In this document: in pieces, positions 25,821 through 41,237 of the stretch
Position numbering within the stretch: position 1 is the first letter of the stretch
Layout of the letters: the number at the start of each line of letters is the position of its first letter
NCBI RefSeq assembly: GCF_006345805.1
Contig: NC_043009.1
Location: 34,472,001 to 34,536,000 of the forward strand
Direction: 5' to 3'
Length of the DNA stretch: 64,000 bases
Origin: Octopus sinensis
Lineage: Eukaryota
Made by a program: the position numbers and the translations under genes
The notes under the pieces: model-generated
The model's input: the letters and a program-made list of their open reading frames with translations, nothing else
What the model was told of the DNA's origin: nothing
Database searches by the model: none

Positions 25821-26051
25821 AATATAAACATACATAAATATAAACATAAATATAATATATATATAAATATGAATATAATAAATATTAGGGAATAAATCCA
25901 AATTTACAGGGAAAAATCAGATTTAGGATTAAATCCAATTTTATAGTAAAATATTATAAAATATTATTAGAGACAAAACCACTATTTTGCAAAACAAACA
26001 AGGAAAGACTTAATCAATACATAAAATTTTAATAAATAGTCAAAAAAACCG

Positions 26052-26094
26052 CCACTACAATCGTTTCTTGTCTTGATCGACAATCTTCAGGTGG
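26052..26094 (-). ncRNA. Minimal type I hammerhead ribozyme, left arm of palindrome
   Basis: Exact reverse complement of 26169-26211. Confidence 0.8.
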
Positions 26095-26168
26095 ACTTCC
26101 AATAATTCAGTGTCAAATTATGAAGTCCTATTATAAACTTCATAATTTGACACTGAATTATTGGAAGT

Positions 26169-26211
26169 CCACCTGAAGATTGTCGATCAAGACAAGAAAC
26201 GATTGTAGTGG
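26169..26211 (+). ncRNA. Minimal type I hammerhead ribozyme, intact core
   Basis: CCAC CUGAAGA UUGUC GAUCAA GACAA GAAA C GAUU G UA GUGG; predicted cleavage after A26207. Confidence 0.8.
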
Positions 26212-26483
26212 CGGTTTTTTTGACTATTTATTAAAATTTTAAATATGAATATATATATATATATATACATAAATATAAATATATATATACATAAATATAA
26301 ATATATAATATATATACATAAATATAAACATAAATATAAATATATAATATATATATATACATAAATATAAATATATATATATACATAATATAAATATATA
26401 TAATACATAAATATAAATATATATATATATACATAAAATAAATATATATACATAAATATAAACATACATAAATATAAACATAA

Positions 26484-26530
<47 letters not shown>

Positions 26531-26674
26531 TGAATATATATATATATACATAATATAAATATATATATATACATAAATATAAATATATATATATATACAT
26601 AATATAAATATATATATACATAAATATAAATATATATATATATACATAAAATAAAATAAATATATATATATATA

Positions 26675-26710
<36 letters not shown>

Positions 26711-26748
26711 TACATAAAATAAATATATATATATACATAAAAATATAC

Positions 26749-26781
<33 letters not shown>

Positions 26782-27139
26782 AATATACATAAATATAAAT
26801 ATATATATATATATACATAAATATACATAAATATAAATATATATATATATACATAAATATAAATATATATATATAATACATAAATATACATAAATATAAA
26901 TATATATATATATATATATATACATAAATACAAATATATATATATAAAAATAAATATAAGAGAATGGTCACTATGTGGCTCATTCTAGCACTAGAAAATC
27001 CAAAAGGTTTCAACCACAAAAATACATGTTTCCCAGCTATCTGGTTCGCCAGCCCACAGTCAAACCATCCAACCCATGATAGCAAGGAAAGCGGACATTA
27101 AATGACAACGATGATGATAAATATAAATATATATATATA

Positions 27140-28697
27140 AAGTGGTAGGGTAGATATTTTCGCCAAGACGGTAGTTGAGTGCTGATTTTTTAGAGTTGCG
27201 GTAGTGAGATAAATTTTGTTTTTGAAAATTGTTGTTGGAAACTCATTTTGAATGTTGTATTAATTGTTGAATTTTTGAAAATTGTTTTGCTGCTGCCCAC
27301 TGTTGGGTATGCAAGCTGAGACTTACAAGAGAGTAGCAGGCAAAAGCATGTCTGCCGACGCGTTACAGTTGAAGGAAGTGAGAATTGAAAAAGAAAATCT
27401 TAAGAAATATTTTGACAGCTTTAAAAAAGGGGACTGTCTAAGAATCACATCGCTAATAGATGCAGTTCAAAAAGCTGAGAAAAGGATAATAACATATAGA
27501 ACGTGAAATGTAGCCACAAAAAGAATTGAAGTGGCAGAAATAGAGGAGATAGAACAGTATCTAGAAGAAATAAAGGATAGAACCACCTTCTACACTAGAG
27601 GGAGAAAGTACGCCCCAGTTGAAGTACGCTTCAAAAACGAAGAAGACATGCAACAACAGCATTAAGAACAACTAGGTGGGTACTCCTACCTACTTACTGT
27701 GGTAGGCGAGCAATGAGAGTTCGAATTAGTAGGGTCACACCGGAAATGGACATAGAAAGACTGATAGCAGCAATTATATATAATTGTAAGGAAGAGGTAG
27801 ATATCCTCAAGGTAGAGAAGTCTAATGATATCAACTGGTGGGTTTATGCAGTAGAAGCACTAATACACATAACCCTGCCAGATTTGCACAACATCTCAGA
27901 GGAGTTGGTGTTCCCCGATGAGACCCAACTGAGAGTCGTGGTGGAGGAGAGACTTCTAGTATGCTATAAGTGTAAAAGCAGAGGGCACATGAAGGCAATG
28001 TGCCCTCTAAGAGAAATACATGAAGAAGAGATGACCTTAGAAGAATTCATGAGAGACGTTACAGCGGAGATAGAGAAAGAAAATGAAGGAAAAAGCTTGA
28101 AGACAAGAGAGTTGAATGCGGAAGAGGAGCTCATGACCATGGATAACATAGCAAGAGATGATGAGCTAGGGAAGGAGAAAGAAAAAGAGAGAAATGAAGA
28201 AAAAGAGGAAGAGAAAAAGGAAGATAGAAAAAGAACACGGGTGGAATCACCACCTAAAAACCTAAAAAAGAAAAAAGGAAAAAAGAAGTCTGCTGAAGAG
28301 ACAACAGAGAATCGAACTCAGGAGGTGAAACAAGCAACAGATAGATCAATTGAAGAGAAAATTGAAGAGTGGACAAAAAGGGTGGAGGAACGTCTGGAAG
28401 CTTGTAAAAAAGGAAGAAGACCTAAGGGTAGGAACTTTAGAGCAGTAATGTATTACCTAAAAGACAAAGAAATCGAAAAAAGACTAGTCATAATGAAAGG
28501 GCTAATAAGAGTGAAGTTAAACCCTGGAATGTACAGCCATGAAATGAAAGCAGTATTGTTGGAGTATGAAACAGTGGATAGATTAACAGATTTATTCCCG
28601 AGGACTCTTGTGTGTATCAGTCTCTATGTACATTACGACAGTTTGCCCAGCATAATGGAGCAGGAGCAAATGCTAGAATACATAACGGACGAATACC
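27140..28697 (+). mobile_element. L1/Tx1-clade LINE 5' end (5' UTR and ORF1), truncated by a SINE
   Basis: Broken N-terminal frames at 27282-27712 followed by ORF 27713-28726. Confidence 0.75.
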
Positions 28698-28726
28698 CCG
28701 TTCAGTCCCACTGCGTGGCACATTGA
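27713..28726 (+). CDS. Gag-like ORF1 remnant with CCHC zinc knuckle
   Basis: CYKCKSRGHMKAMC (CX2CX4HX4C) followed by a charged low-complexity tract; last ~10 codons come from the SINE. Confidence 0.7.
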   Translation: MRVRISRVTPEMDIERLIAAIIYNCKEEVDILKVEKSNDINWWVYAVEALIHITLPDLHNISEELVFPDETQLRVVVEERLLVCYKCKSRGHMKAMCPLREIHEEEMTLEEFMRDVTAEIEKENEGKSLKTRELNAEEELMTMDNIARDDELGKEKEKERNEEKEEEKKEDRKRTRVESPPKNLKKKKGKKKSAEETTENRTQEVKQATDRSIEEKIEEWTKRVEERLEACKKGRRPKGRNFRAVMYYLKDKEIEKRLVIMKGLIRVKLNPGMYSHEMKAVLLEYETVDRLTDLFPRTLVCISLYVHYDSLPSIMEQEQMLEYITDEYPVQSHCVAH

Positions 28727-29055
28727 GCAAATGTTTTCTACTATAGCCTCGAGCCGACCAAAGCCTTGTGAGTGGATTTGGTAGACAGAAACTGAAAGAA
28801 GCCCGTCGTATATATGTATATATACATAAGCATGTGTGTGCATATGTTTGTGTCTGTGTTTGTCCCTCCAACATCACTTGACAACCAATGCTGGTGTGTT
28901 TACATCCCCGTAACTTAGCAGTTCGGCAAAAGAGACCAATAGAATAAGTACTAGGCTTACAAAGAATAAGTCCTGGGTGTCGATTTGTTCGACTAAAGGC
29001 GGTGCTCCAGCATGGCCATAGTCAAATGACTGAAACAAGCAAAAGAGTAAAGAGT
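28698..29055 (+). mobile_element. SINE family 1, 5'-truncated
   Basis: Starts at GTTCAGTCCCACTGCGTGGCAC. Confidence 0.9.
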
Positions 29056-29372
29056 ATTATCGGTGGCACGTAAAAAGCACCCACTACACTCACGGAGTGG
29101 TTGGCGTTAGGAAGGGCATCCAGCCAGATCAGACTGGGCCTGATGCAACCTTCTGGCTTCACAGACCCCAGTTGAACCGTCCAACCCATGCTAGCATGGA
29201 AAGCGGACGCTAAATGATGATGATGATGATGATGATGATATATATATATATATATATTTGGATCTACAACTTCAATATCCCTACATATCTTGCATCTATT
29301 TTTTTTCCTCCACCTCACTCTCTATTTTGTATCACATCTAAACTAACTATGACTTAACCATCCTCTCACACC

Positions 29373-29420
29373 GTCTCCGATGAAAGGATATAATAAATAT
29401 CCTGGAAACAGCTGTAAGAC
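29373..29420 (+). ncRNA. Hammerhead, CCGAUGA core variant
   Basis: GUCU CCGAUGA A AGGAUA UAAUAAA UAUCCU G GAAA C AGCU G UA AGAC. Confidence 0.6.
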
Positions 29421-29959
29421 CTTCTATCTATAAATGTTCTAATATCTACACAGCCTTGGTTATTTTTATCTCATTACACAAAAAATTCTTATATTTATTT
29501 ATATTGTTTTAGAACTCTGAAAACAAATACATTTTTCTGACTTTTAAATTTCTCATTAAGTTTTCTCAATGACATCATTGTAATTTCTAACTTTTAATTT
29601 GTAATTCTAAATTTTTAATAAGGTTTTCTTATATTCACTATATCACCCTACATATTGAACTATTTCTTTCTAATATTTTCATATATATTCTTATTTTAGA
29701 TATCTCTTATGTCTAGTATATTCTTCAATAATAGTTTTAATATGTTCTGAATGTCTTAATGTATTTGTTGTATTAATGTATGTCATAAATACAAGGTGAA
29801 TATCTAATTTTTGTTTCTTCTTTAAATTATATTATTTACTATCTAGTGTCTCAGGGTCAACCTGAGTACTTTGAAACAGTTTTATAATGTTTTGAAAGAA
29901 AAAGCAATATAATTATATATATATAATATATATATATATATATTTATTTTATAGAAGGA

Positions 29960-30008
29960 GCTTCTACAGGACTAGAACTGTTTCATTCAAAAGAAATCAT
30001 CAGGAAGC
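29960..30008 (-). ncRNA. Type I hammerhead ribozyme, intact core
   Basis: GCUUC CUGAUGA UUUC UUUU GAAU GAAA CAG UUCUAGUC CUG UA GAAGC; 5-bp stem I, 4-bp stem III, U-U mismatch closing stem II. Confidence 0.78.
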
Positions 30009-30239
30009 AAGTAGACAAGAGTTGTTTTGGCATTTATACATTTAGGCAGGTTTAAATGGGTGGTGGTGGGGGACTTTTTTGGGGGTAGGCATGGCGCTAA
30101 ACTGTCATTATTAGGGGAGTGGTAAAAGGAATCGGTGGTAAAGTAGATAAAAGAATAAATAAAAGAATAAAAAATAAAATTAAAAAATAAAAAAATAAAA
30201 AAATAATAAAAAAATATAAATAGAAAAGTTTTAGGTAAG

Positions 30240-33060
<2,821 letters not shown>

Positions 33061-33274
33061 ACAGGTGTACATATACAATCTGTGAGTAGTCTTAGGAGGA
33101 AAGTTAATCGGGCGTGCTGGGGGAACGGTGGGGTTGGGGGGTTTTTGTGGGTGGGGTGTCGTCAATCGGGTTGCCGGGTGGGTCTATAGTTCTTGTAGTT
33201 TGCATAAATTTTATGCATGCAATTTGGGGAGTGTTCTAAGATCTTGTTGAGGAGTTGGCCTTTGGCGAGCAAGA

Positions 33275-33310
<36 letters not shown>

Positions 33311-33312
<2 letters not shown>

Positions 33313-33481
33313 CGCAGGAGTGGCTGTGTGGTAAGTAGCTTGCTAACCAACCACATGGTTCCGGGTTCAGTCCCACTGCGTGGCATCTTGGGCAAGTGTC
33401 TTCTGCTATAGCCCCGGGCTGACCAATGCCTTGTGAGTGGATTTGGTAGACGGAAACTGAAAGAAGCCTGTCGTATATATG

Positions 33482-33512
<31 letters not shown>

Positions 33513-33712
33513 CTGTGTGGTTGTCCCCCTAGCATTGTTTGACAACCGATGCTGGTGTGTTTATGTCCATGTTACTTAGCGGTTCGGCAAAAGAGACCAA
33601 TAGAATAAGTACTGGGCTTACAAAAAAGAATAAGTCCTGGGGTCGAGTTGCTCGATTAAAGGTGGTGCTCCAGCATGGCCACAGTCAAATGACTGAAACA
33701 AGTAAAAGAGTA
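33311..33712 (+). mobile_element. SINE family 1, full length
   Basis: GGCGCAGGAGTGGCTG head through GTAAAAGAG tail. Confidence 0.95.
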
Positions 33713-35833
33713 TATATATGAGTGACTCGCTGTTCTTGAGGAGACCTGTTGAGTCAAGTTCGTCAACATCAAAAATTCGAATGGTAATTGTAGTTAAGAC
33801 ACCAGTGCTGGTGACACGTAAAAGCACCAACTGATTGTGGCCGTTTGTCAGCCTGTGCTGGTTCCTGTGCCAGTGGCACGTAAAAAACACCCACTACACT
33901 CACGGAGTGGTTGGCATTAGGAAGGGCATCCAGCTGTAGAAACACTGCCAAATGAGACTGGAGCCTGGTGCAGCCTCCATGGCTTACCAGATCCTAGTCG
34001 AACCGTCCAACCCATGCTAGCATGGAAAACGGACGTTAAATGATGATGATGATGATATATATATTTTCTGAAAGAAAGAAAGAGAGATCCTTACCCTGTG
34101 ATGGAGCCGTAGGGGCACCATTGTGTCATACCACACATCTTTGGGTGTATTTGGATTCAACTCCTGTCTAACCATATCCAATTTAAGGCAGACAGAAAGA
34201 AGAGAATCAACTCCAGTACAGAATAAGTGTTTTATTTATCTACATCGAAAGGATGAAAGCAAAACTGACCTTGATGGGATTTGAATTTACATAGGGTGCA
34301 GAGAGCCAGAAAGATTACTGCAAAGCAACAAATCTGAAATTCTAAAACCTTTAAGAACACTCACACTTGTTTCAATATATTAACGTTTCGAATCAAGACC
34401 AACAAAATAATATGAGAATATAACCACTTAGAAATAGACGTCCTGTTATTTCCAAATTCAGATAATCGGCGATGGCCACTTATGTTGACTGTTGTGATTT
34501 GACGTTTTATTATAAGGCGCACCTCAACTTTTGAGACTCTTCCTTGAAAACAAAAACAAAAAAAAAACAACCTTGTTTTCACTTGACATTTGTAGCACCC
34601 CTCACTATCAACTATTAACTCTTGGTGTATTCAGATTGTTATGAAAACTATTTCCCCCCCACCCCACCCCACCATCCTTAATACTGTAGTTCTAGTCCAA
34701 TCACTCGCCAGTGTACCCGGCACACCTCACAGCAGCGCTAGAAACCAGAGAAACCAATCCCACCTAGGGCGTACTAAAACAGACAGCAGGTGGAGGACAT
34801 TCAGGAGTCATAACTCGGATGTGGCCCAACCCCACCTAGAGTGTCAGGAGTTAAGGGCCGAAACGCTTGCCTAAAGGGGGTTTCTCCTCTGAGGACCATC
34901 TGCTGTTATGCTCTCCCCGAGTTTCTTTCCACACCCTATGGCGTTGGTTTCAATTCTGAAAATCAGAATTCGGTAAATCAGAATGGTTTCATAGAACTTC
35001 TTTTTTCATTGATATATCAAACTGACATTAGTAACTTTATTGTTACCACTTGTATCCTTTATTTTCTACAAAACTACCAGTGCCGATCATGAATAAATGT
35101 ATATACACAATCATAATCAGTGGTTAATGTATGCCTTAAACACAGAGATACAACTACAGTATCCCTCGAATCACTTCAAACTGTCTTAAAAAAGGAAGTA
35201 TACATGAAATAATATAGTCCTAGATATGAGATCTATAGGAAAAGTGCACAATTGCAGTTGCATATCTTTGAATAGGTTAAGATTAGATCTGGGCTGAAGA
35301 TAAGCAATACTGTCTTTCAATCCCACTTCTTCAAAAATACCCTGCCTATTATATATAAATTGATAAGAGGCACTTGTTAGGAACAGGACTTATTTTTCAC
35401 AGTTTTAAGTTGATGTAACTCAGTTTATGGATTTTATTTATTCATTTTTATATGGACAGAATTGGTAGAAGATATTTACATCCCTTCTACGTCCGGAGCT
35501 CAAATCATGTTGTGCTCAACTTTGATGAGGGACGGCGTTTTAAACTAAACTTTGATGTAAGAAACTATTTTACATCAAGTCTTTTTATAAAGTTGCTATC
35601 GTAGCTTAAAATTAATGGGGGAAGACCTCTTACGGTCTGTGTCTGATGTGAGGTTCGATTCCAGTCTGTGAATTTCCACTTTTTCTGTGTAAGTTTTTTT
35701 TTTTGTTATATATACTATTGTTTATACTGCATTTGAGTAACTTAGCAAAAAGTCTTTATTTTGAGTTTGCCAATACTTCAAAAGAGGATCTAAAAAAATA
35801 CTTTTACTATTTGTTTGAATTCAGTTCCTTCTA

Positions 35834-36236
35834 GCAGGAGTGGCTGTGTGGTAAGTAGCTTGCTTACCAACCACATGGTTCCGGGTTCAGTCCCACTGCG
35901 TAGCACCTTGGGCAAGTGTCTTCTACTATAGCCCTCGGCCGACCAAAGCCTTGTGGGTGGATTTGGTAGACGGAAACTGAAAGAAGCCTGTCGTATATAT
36001 GTATATATATATATGTGTGTGTGTGTTTGTGTGTCTGTATTTGTCCCCCTAGCATTGCTTGACAACGGATGCTGGTGTGTTTACGTCCCCGTCACTGAGC
36101 GGTTCGGCAAAAAGAGACCGATAGAATAAGTACTGGGCTTACAAAGAATAAGTCCCGGTGTCGATTTGCTCGACTAAAGGCGGTGCTCCAGCATGGCCGC
36201 AGTCAAATGACTGAAACAAGTAAAAGAGTAAAAGAG
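35834..36236 (+). mobile_element. SINE family 1, full length
   Basis: Same structure as 7637. Confidence 0.95.
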
Positions 36237-38061
36237 CACCGACTTCCACCCTTTCTGGGGTCTGTCATTTTTTTTTTATTCCAATCACACCCAGAGACAG
36301 AGAGAGAAAGAGAGAGGGAGAGATGAGAGAGAGAGAGAGAGAGAGAGGAGAAAGAAAGAGAGGGGATCGATTCATTTTAATGGTTCCGAGGAAGCTATAG
36401 GATGTTGTACAAGCACTCAGCTCTCATACCAGAAACAGTTGTAAGCTAACCTGACACCTGTTCCCTCGTCATTTATTAATTAATATTACGCCGCTCTATA
36501 ATTGCTTAACACTTTACTCTAAAGCATATGTATACTGAGTTCTAACAACTAGTTATTTGTATCGTACCTAAACGAAATCTTAAATTGTCTATCAATGTGT
36601 GTGTGTATGTGTGTGTATGTGTGTGTGCCTGTATCATTCCCCCCCTTTTTTTCTCACTCCTTCACAACAGGTGGGGTGCACCTGTAAAAAATTACAAATT
36701 TGTTTACGTCCTCTTAGTTATGACTGATCGGGCAAAAAGAAACTAATATTAGACTTAACAGTACAAGGTTCCGTTTGATCGACTAAAACTTTCTATGCGG
36801 TACTCCAGCATGACTATATTTACACTATCGAATCAATATTATATATGCATGTTAAATATACAATTACAAACCATTAACAAGTATATCTGTTGTTTACAAA
36901 ATTTAACGTCTTTTTGTTTTGATAGTGCTTCAGGGTGTTTTGATTTCATTTTGTGCTTGAGTTCGAGTTGGCGGAGGTAAAACGAAATATCGATTTAAGT
37001 ACTTGACTGGTAATTTAGTCTATTGACCGCATTATTGAACTCAGAACGTAAAGAAGTCGTAGGTAAACATTTTGACTGAAGGCTCAAACCGAGTAGAATG
37101 TACTGGGACGACATACTTTGCATTCTCCCAAGTTGTGAACTTGTACCAATGTTAGAAACCATAATTATTTTAATTGTTATTCAAACGAAGCCATCCAACA
37201 GTGTCTAAATTTTATGTTGTCGTCATTCATGCGTATATTATTCTCGGGTGATCTTTTGGCAGTTGCTTTTTTTTTTTTCTTTCAACACACATTTTGTATG
37301 TATGAATGAATACAATATAAAAATATGAAAAAATGCCTAAATATGAAGTATTTGTAATTCTAACAATAAGAATGTATAAATATTTTTTTTCTTTCACACG
37401 TTTACATAAATTTCAGAAACTAGGAATGCAAGCAAGTAAAAAATAATTGTTTGTTATTTCCAAGAATTTTTTTTCTTTAATCTCTCTTGCCATAAATCCA
37501 GGATTTTTTCTCGTGTCCAGTGGTGGTGTATTTTGTTGTTTATATATATAAATATTGTAGTTTTGTTGATGATAAAATGTGTGTGTTTTATTAGTCTCAA
37601 TATATTTTGATATGTGCAAAATTTAAACGGAAAAGAATGGGGAAAATGGGAGTGGTATAGTGACATAACATACTGGTACACTGACTGAGAAAGAGATGAT
37701 GAGTATTTAGTTGTTGGATCAACTCAACTACGCAATCTTTTAGTATTTCACAGACACATGTACCCCTTTAATGTAAGCCTTAAGCAGAATCAACGGGACA
37801 AAGCATGCCAATTGAATTAAAGGTACAATCTACCCCCACGAACTTCTACAGTTTCCGTCCAACCAAGACGATTGGCAACCTCGGGACCAGGAAGCGAATT
37901 TTTTAACCACTTGGCTATTTGTCCTCGATAGAAACATCCAAATACACACTTTTACAAACATGTACACATACATAACGCAGTGGTGGTTAGCGACAGGACC
38001 AACCAATACATCAGTTCTTGACCCGAAGAGCCATGGAAGGGCTTGAGAGTATCTAAATCAG

Positions 38062-38165
38062 GGCGAAAGTAAAGAATACGCACACCCAGTATTTATGGTC
38101 AGGGGTTAGAGTTAGGGTTTTTGTTACGCCGAAAACGGGTGGTGTACATATTCTTTACCATCGCC
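38062..38165. mobile_element. Mini-MITE (104 bp) with internal TTAGGG-like repeats
   Basis: GGCGA...TCGCC termini; 9-bp TSD CTAAATCAG at 38053-38061 and 38166-38174. Confidence 0.85.
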
Positions 38166-38627
38166 CTAAATCAGAACCCCATACCAGGGTCCGAAAAGTT
38201 TTGTTCTGCCTTAAATTTTGGGAGCAAGCATGCAACCATGTAATTTAGGGTTCGACTCCACTGCGTACAGATATGTCTTCTATTGTAATCTTAAGTAGAT
38301 GGAATTTTGTGAACTGAAAGTTTAGAAACTCCGTCACACACACACACACAAACATTTAAAATAGACTAAGTACTGGTGTGACGATATCGAGTAAATGCAT
38401 TTAAAACGGTGCCCGAGCACAGCCACATAGCAATGTTGGAAACTTGTGAAAGAACGCATACATATGTTAAAAGAGCTGAGTGTAGGACTAAACAACAACT
38501 ACAATCATAAGACTGATCTAGACACAATAAAAACTGTAGTCGAATTATCATCAGAAAGAAACTTGATCCAAGTGTGATTGCCAATGAAAGTTTACTGAAT
38601 AAATGCAAGAACTACAATGTGACTTAC

Positions 38628-38870
38628 CGAGGAGGCAACTGGGTTATGAAAAAATTCTTTCTGGTTGTACAAAGTCACTTAAGGGACACAAGATAAGGAA
38701 AGATTTGAAGAAGGCACGTAAATAACAATATAATCAACAATAACGAGGAGAAGTAATAACGTCCTGTCGCTGTAGAGTCCACGGAAGTAAAAGTAGTCAC
38801 GCCGAACTTTCTCTCTCTCTCTCTTTCACTCTCTCCGTTTCGATCGCGCGCGCTTTCCTTACTTTCTCTC
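38628..38870 (-). promoter_or_regulatory. Candidate promoter and non-coding first exon
   Basis: Consensus donor CG|GTAAGT (intron begins 38627); CpG cluster CGATCGCGCGCGC between (GA)n runs; no matching repeat seen. Confidence 0.3.
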
Positions 38871-38899
38871 TCTCTCACTAACTTTTTATCTTTGTCACC

Positions 38900-39530
38900 C
38901 TATATTCGTCCTCTTCTCTCTCACGTTTTACGCCTCATTCCAATACAAGTATTTTCTGTGGCTTTCTTTTCCTCTTCACCCCTCATCCTTATTACATTAA
39001 CCTCCCCGCTTATTCTTTCTCTTAATTTTCTATTGAACATAACCTTCTTATCTCTATTTTACTTGTTTTCCTTACCGCTCTCTTTTTCTGCTTCTCCCTC
39101 ACTACAATTCTTATGCTTATGCTTATACCTAAATGTTCAACTTCTCCCTCTCTCCTCAAATATCTTCCTCTGCTACTTCTCGTGTCTTTCAAGTTTCTCC
39201 TCTCTCTTTCTTTCTCACTTTTCCTAACTCTCCTTATCTCTCCTACATTTCCCTCTCCTGAGCTATCCTTATTTTTCCCCCACTCCTTATTTCCTCATTA
39301 CCTTCTCACTCTTTCTCTCCTATCATTCCATTTTCCATTCTCCTCTCACTTTTCCTTGATCGTCTTTCTATCCTCTCTTTCTCACACTATTCTTTCTTTT
39401 TATCTTCCTCGTTTTGCTTTTATTTTCTCATTGCATTCGTTCCTGATTTTCTGGTTTTTTTTGTTAGTTCTATATCACCTCCTCTCAATCCTCCCCTTCT
39501 TTACTCACTCTCTCATTGTGCCAGTTTGTC
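38900..39530. repeat. Degenerate polypyrimidine (CT-rich) tract
   Basis: About 600 bp dominated by C and T on the + strand. Confidence 0.85.
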
Positions 39531-40308
39531 ATATTTATTCGCCTCTACTTTTCTATCAACAATCTAACAACAATTTTAAACCAGACGCAAGCAAAATAAT
39601 GCCCCCAAAGTTAATCTTGTATCAACGGGGGAGTCAGTAGAAATAGACGCCAAATATCACTCAAATCACCCCTTACCGTCTCACCGAGGGAAAGGACGCA
39701 TTAGAAATATAGCCTTTTCTCTTTAAGTGACATAACCCAACTATGCTGTGACCATCTGACCTGTTCAAAGTTGGCCTAGGGTTGAACAACAACCAGCTAC
39801 CAAAACGATTGTTTCTTACTTAAGATAGGAATTCCGACAGTTTTTAAGAATAGACAGCTGTAATGCCAATTTCATTTTTCCGAAGGTAACAGGACAGTAC
39901 AGTGTTTTTTTCTTTTTTTTTTTTTTGAAGGCTGGAAGAGAACAACAATTAACTTTTGGACAGCCGAATCTTAACAAAAGAGTCGCTTCAAAAGACACCC
40001 ACCATCTTCCAACAAGTTAAAGAAACAATAACAGTTTTATTATTGAACGATTATCACCCCACCCTGACGACACTTGTTATCTTTTAAGTCACACGGGACA
40101 TTTGCACATATTACCATAATATGATATATTTTTCGATAATGTGAGTGTATGTGATAAATATTTTGTGTATGATAACTTTTTTGTGATGGTATTAAATGTT
40201 TTTTGTATTTTTAAATGTCATTTAGGCTTGTTTTTTTAACATACACACTCAGCCGAGTGATGATGAATCAGTGGGAAGTAATGAGAAATAGCTGGAAAAA
40301 AATGTCAA

Positions 40309-40520
40309 AATACCTATTTCTTTACTACCCACAAGGGGCTAAACACAGAGAGGACAAACGGATTAAGTGGATTACATCGACCCCAGTGCGTAACTGGTAC
40401 TTAATTTATCGATCCCGAAAGGATGAAAGGCAAAGTTGACCTCGGCGGAATTTGAACTCACAACGTAACGACAGACGAAATACGGCTGCACATTTCGCCC
40501 GGCGTGCTAACGTTTCTGCC
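40309..40520 (-). mobile_element. SINE family 2
   Basis: Reverse complement of 4577-4807. Confidence 0.92.
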
Positions 40521-40815
40521 ACCGTGAAAACGTAACGAATATCTTGGTTCTCCTTACTTCTTTTCGACTTAATTTGAATGTTTGTTGTCAGTTGTCACGT
40601 TTGTTCGAAGGAGCCCGGATACAAAGATTTCATAGACGTCGCTCATTAGGACTTGGTAACATGCTTTAGTTATGCATAATGTCGCATCACTTTCTCTATC
40701 TTCTCATCTTAGTCCTAGTGGAATATTTAGGGTAGGGTTGACCAACCTGAGGGCCGCAGACTTTTATCTCGTGGTTCACTTGATACTTTCTTGAAATGGG
40801 TTTATTTAAACAAAC

Positions 40816-41237
40816 GGATCATTTCGGTTTGAACGGCAGTTTTTAACATAATTTCTAGGTAACTAAAAAAATTTTAAACTTCGTATACTGGTAGAATGTG
40901 TTTATAAAACATCTTTTTCTCTAGGCTTTATTGAGAAAATTCTATGGTTTGTAAGATACTTGTTGTTTTTTTCTTCAGTTTCTGCAGTTTCAACCAATCA
41001 ATGACGTCCATTGAGGTAAACAACATTCTGTGCCGTATGAACATGTCCCTCGTTTAAGAAACAGATTGGGTTTATTTACATTTGTGAAGAAAAAAAAGAT
41101 ACCCTTCCCCCACCTTAACCCTAACTCTAAACCTAAAACAGATTGAAATGCAATAGATCGATACTAGGGTCATAATTATGGGTGACAATTTCATATGACA
41201 CCGCTAGAAAAAACTGCCGTTCAAACCGAAATGATCC
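40816..41237. mobile_element. MITE, GGATC-terminus family, 422 bp
   Basis: TIRs GGATCATTTCGGTTTGAACGGCAGTTTTT; perfect 8-bp TSD AAACAAAC. Confidence 0.92.

Larger units (their letters stand above)
25600..26950. repeat. AT-rich minisatellite (ACATAAATATAAAT(AT)n units) interrupted by a pseudo-LTR palindrome
   Basis: Same ~20-25 nt unit on both sides of 25880-26241; source of the long IY-repeat pseudo-ORFs. Confidence 0.9.

Noticed and set aside
25620-26950. Regularly spaced short repeats suggestive of a CRISPR array
   Set aside because: Spacers are only (AT)n length variants; eukaryotic context; no cas genes.
26187-27085. 228-284 aa IY-rich ORFs (and similar ones at 25436-25901 and 30239-33005)
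   Set aside because: Stop-free translations of AT/CA microsatellites, not genes.
28698-29238. SINE immediately followed by an RTE tail (also 33311-34055) as a chimeric element
   Set aside because: Junctions differ between the two cases; better explained as independent insertions into simple-repeat tails.
34096-34180. Minus-strand open frame MVRQELNPNTPKDVWYDTMVPLRLHHR ending at a GTAAG donor
   Set aside because: Abuts a degenerate SINE, has no clear acceptor and no recognisable homology.
39113-39640. 175-aa hydrophobic ORF resembling a membrane protein
   Set aside because: Product of the CT-rich tract.
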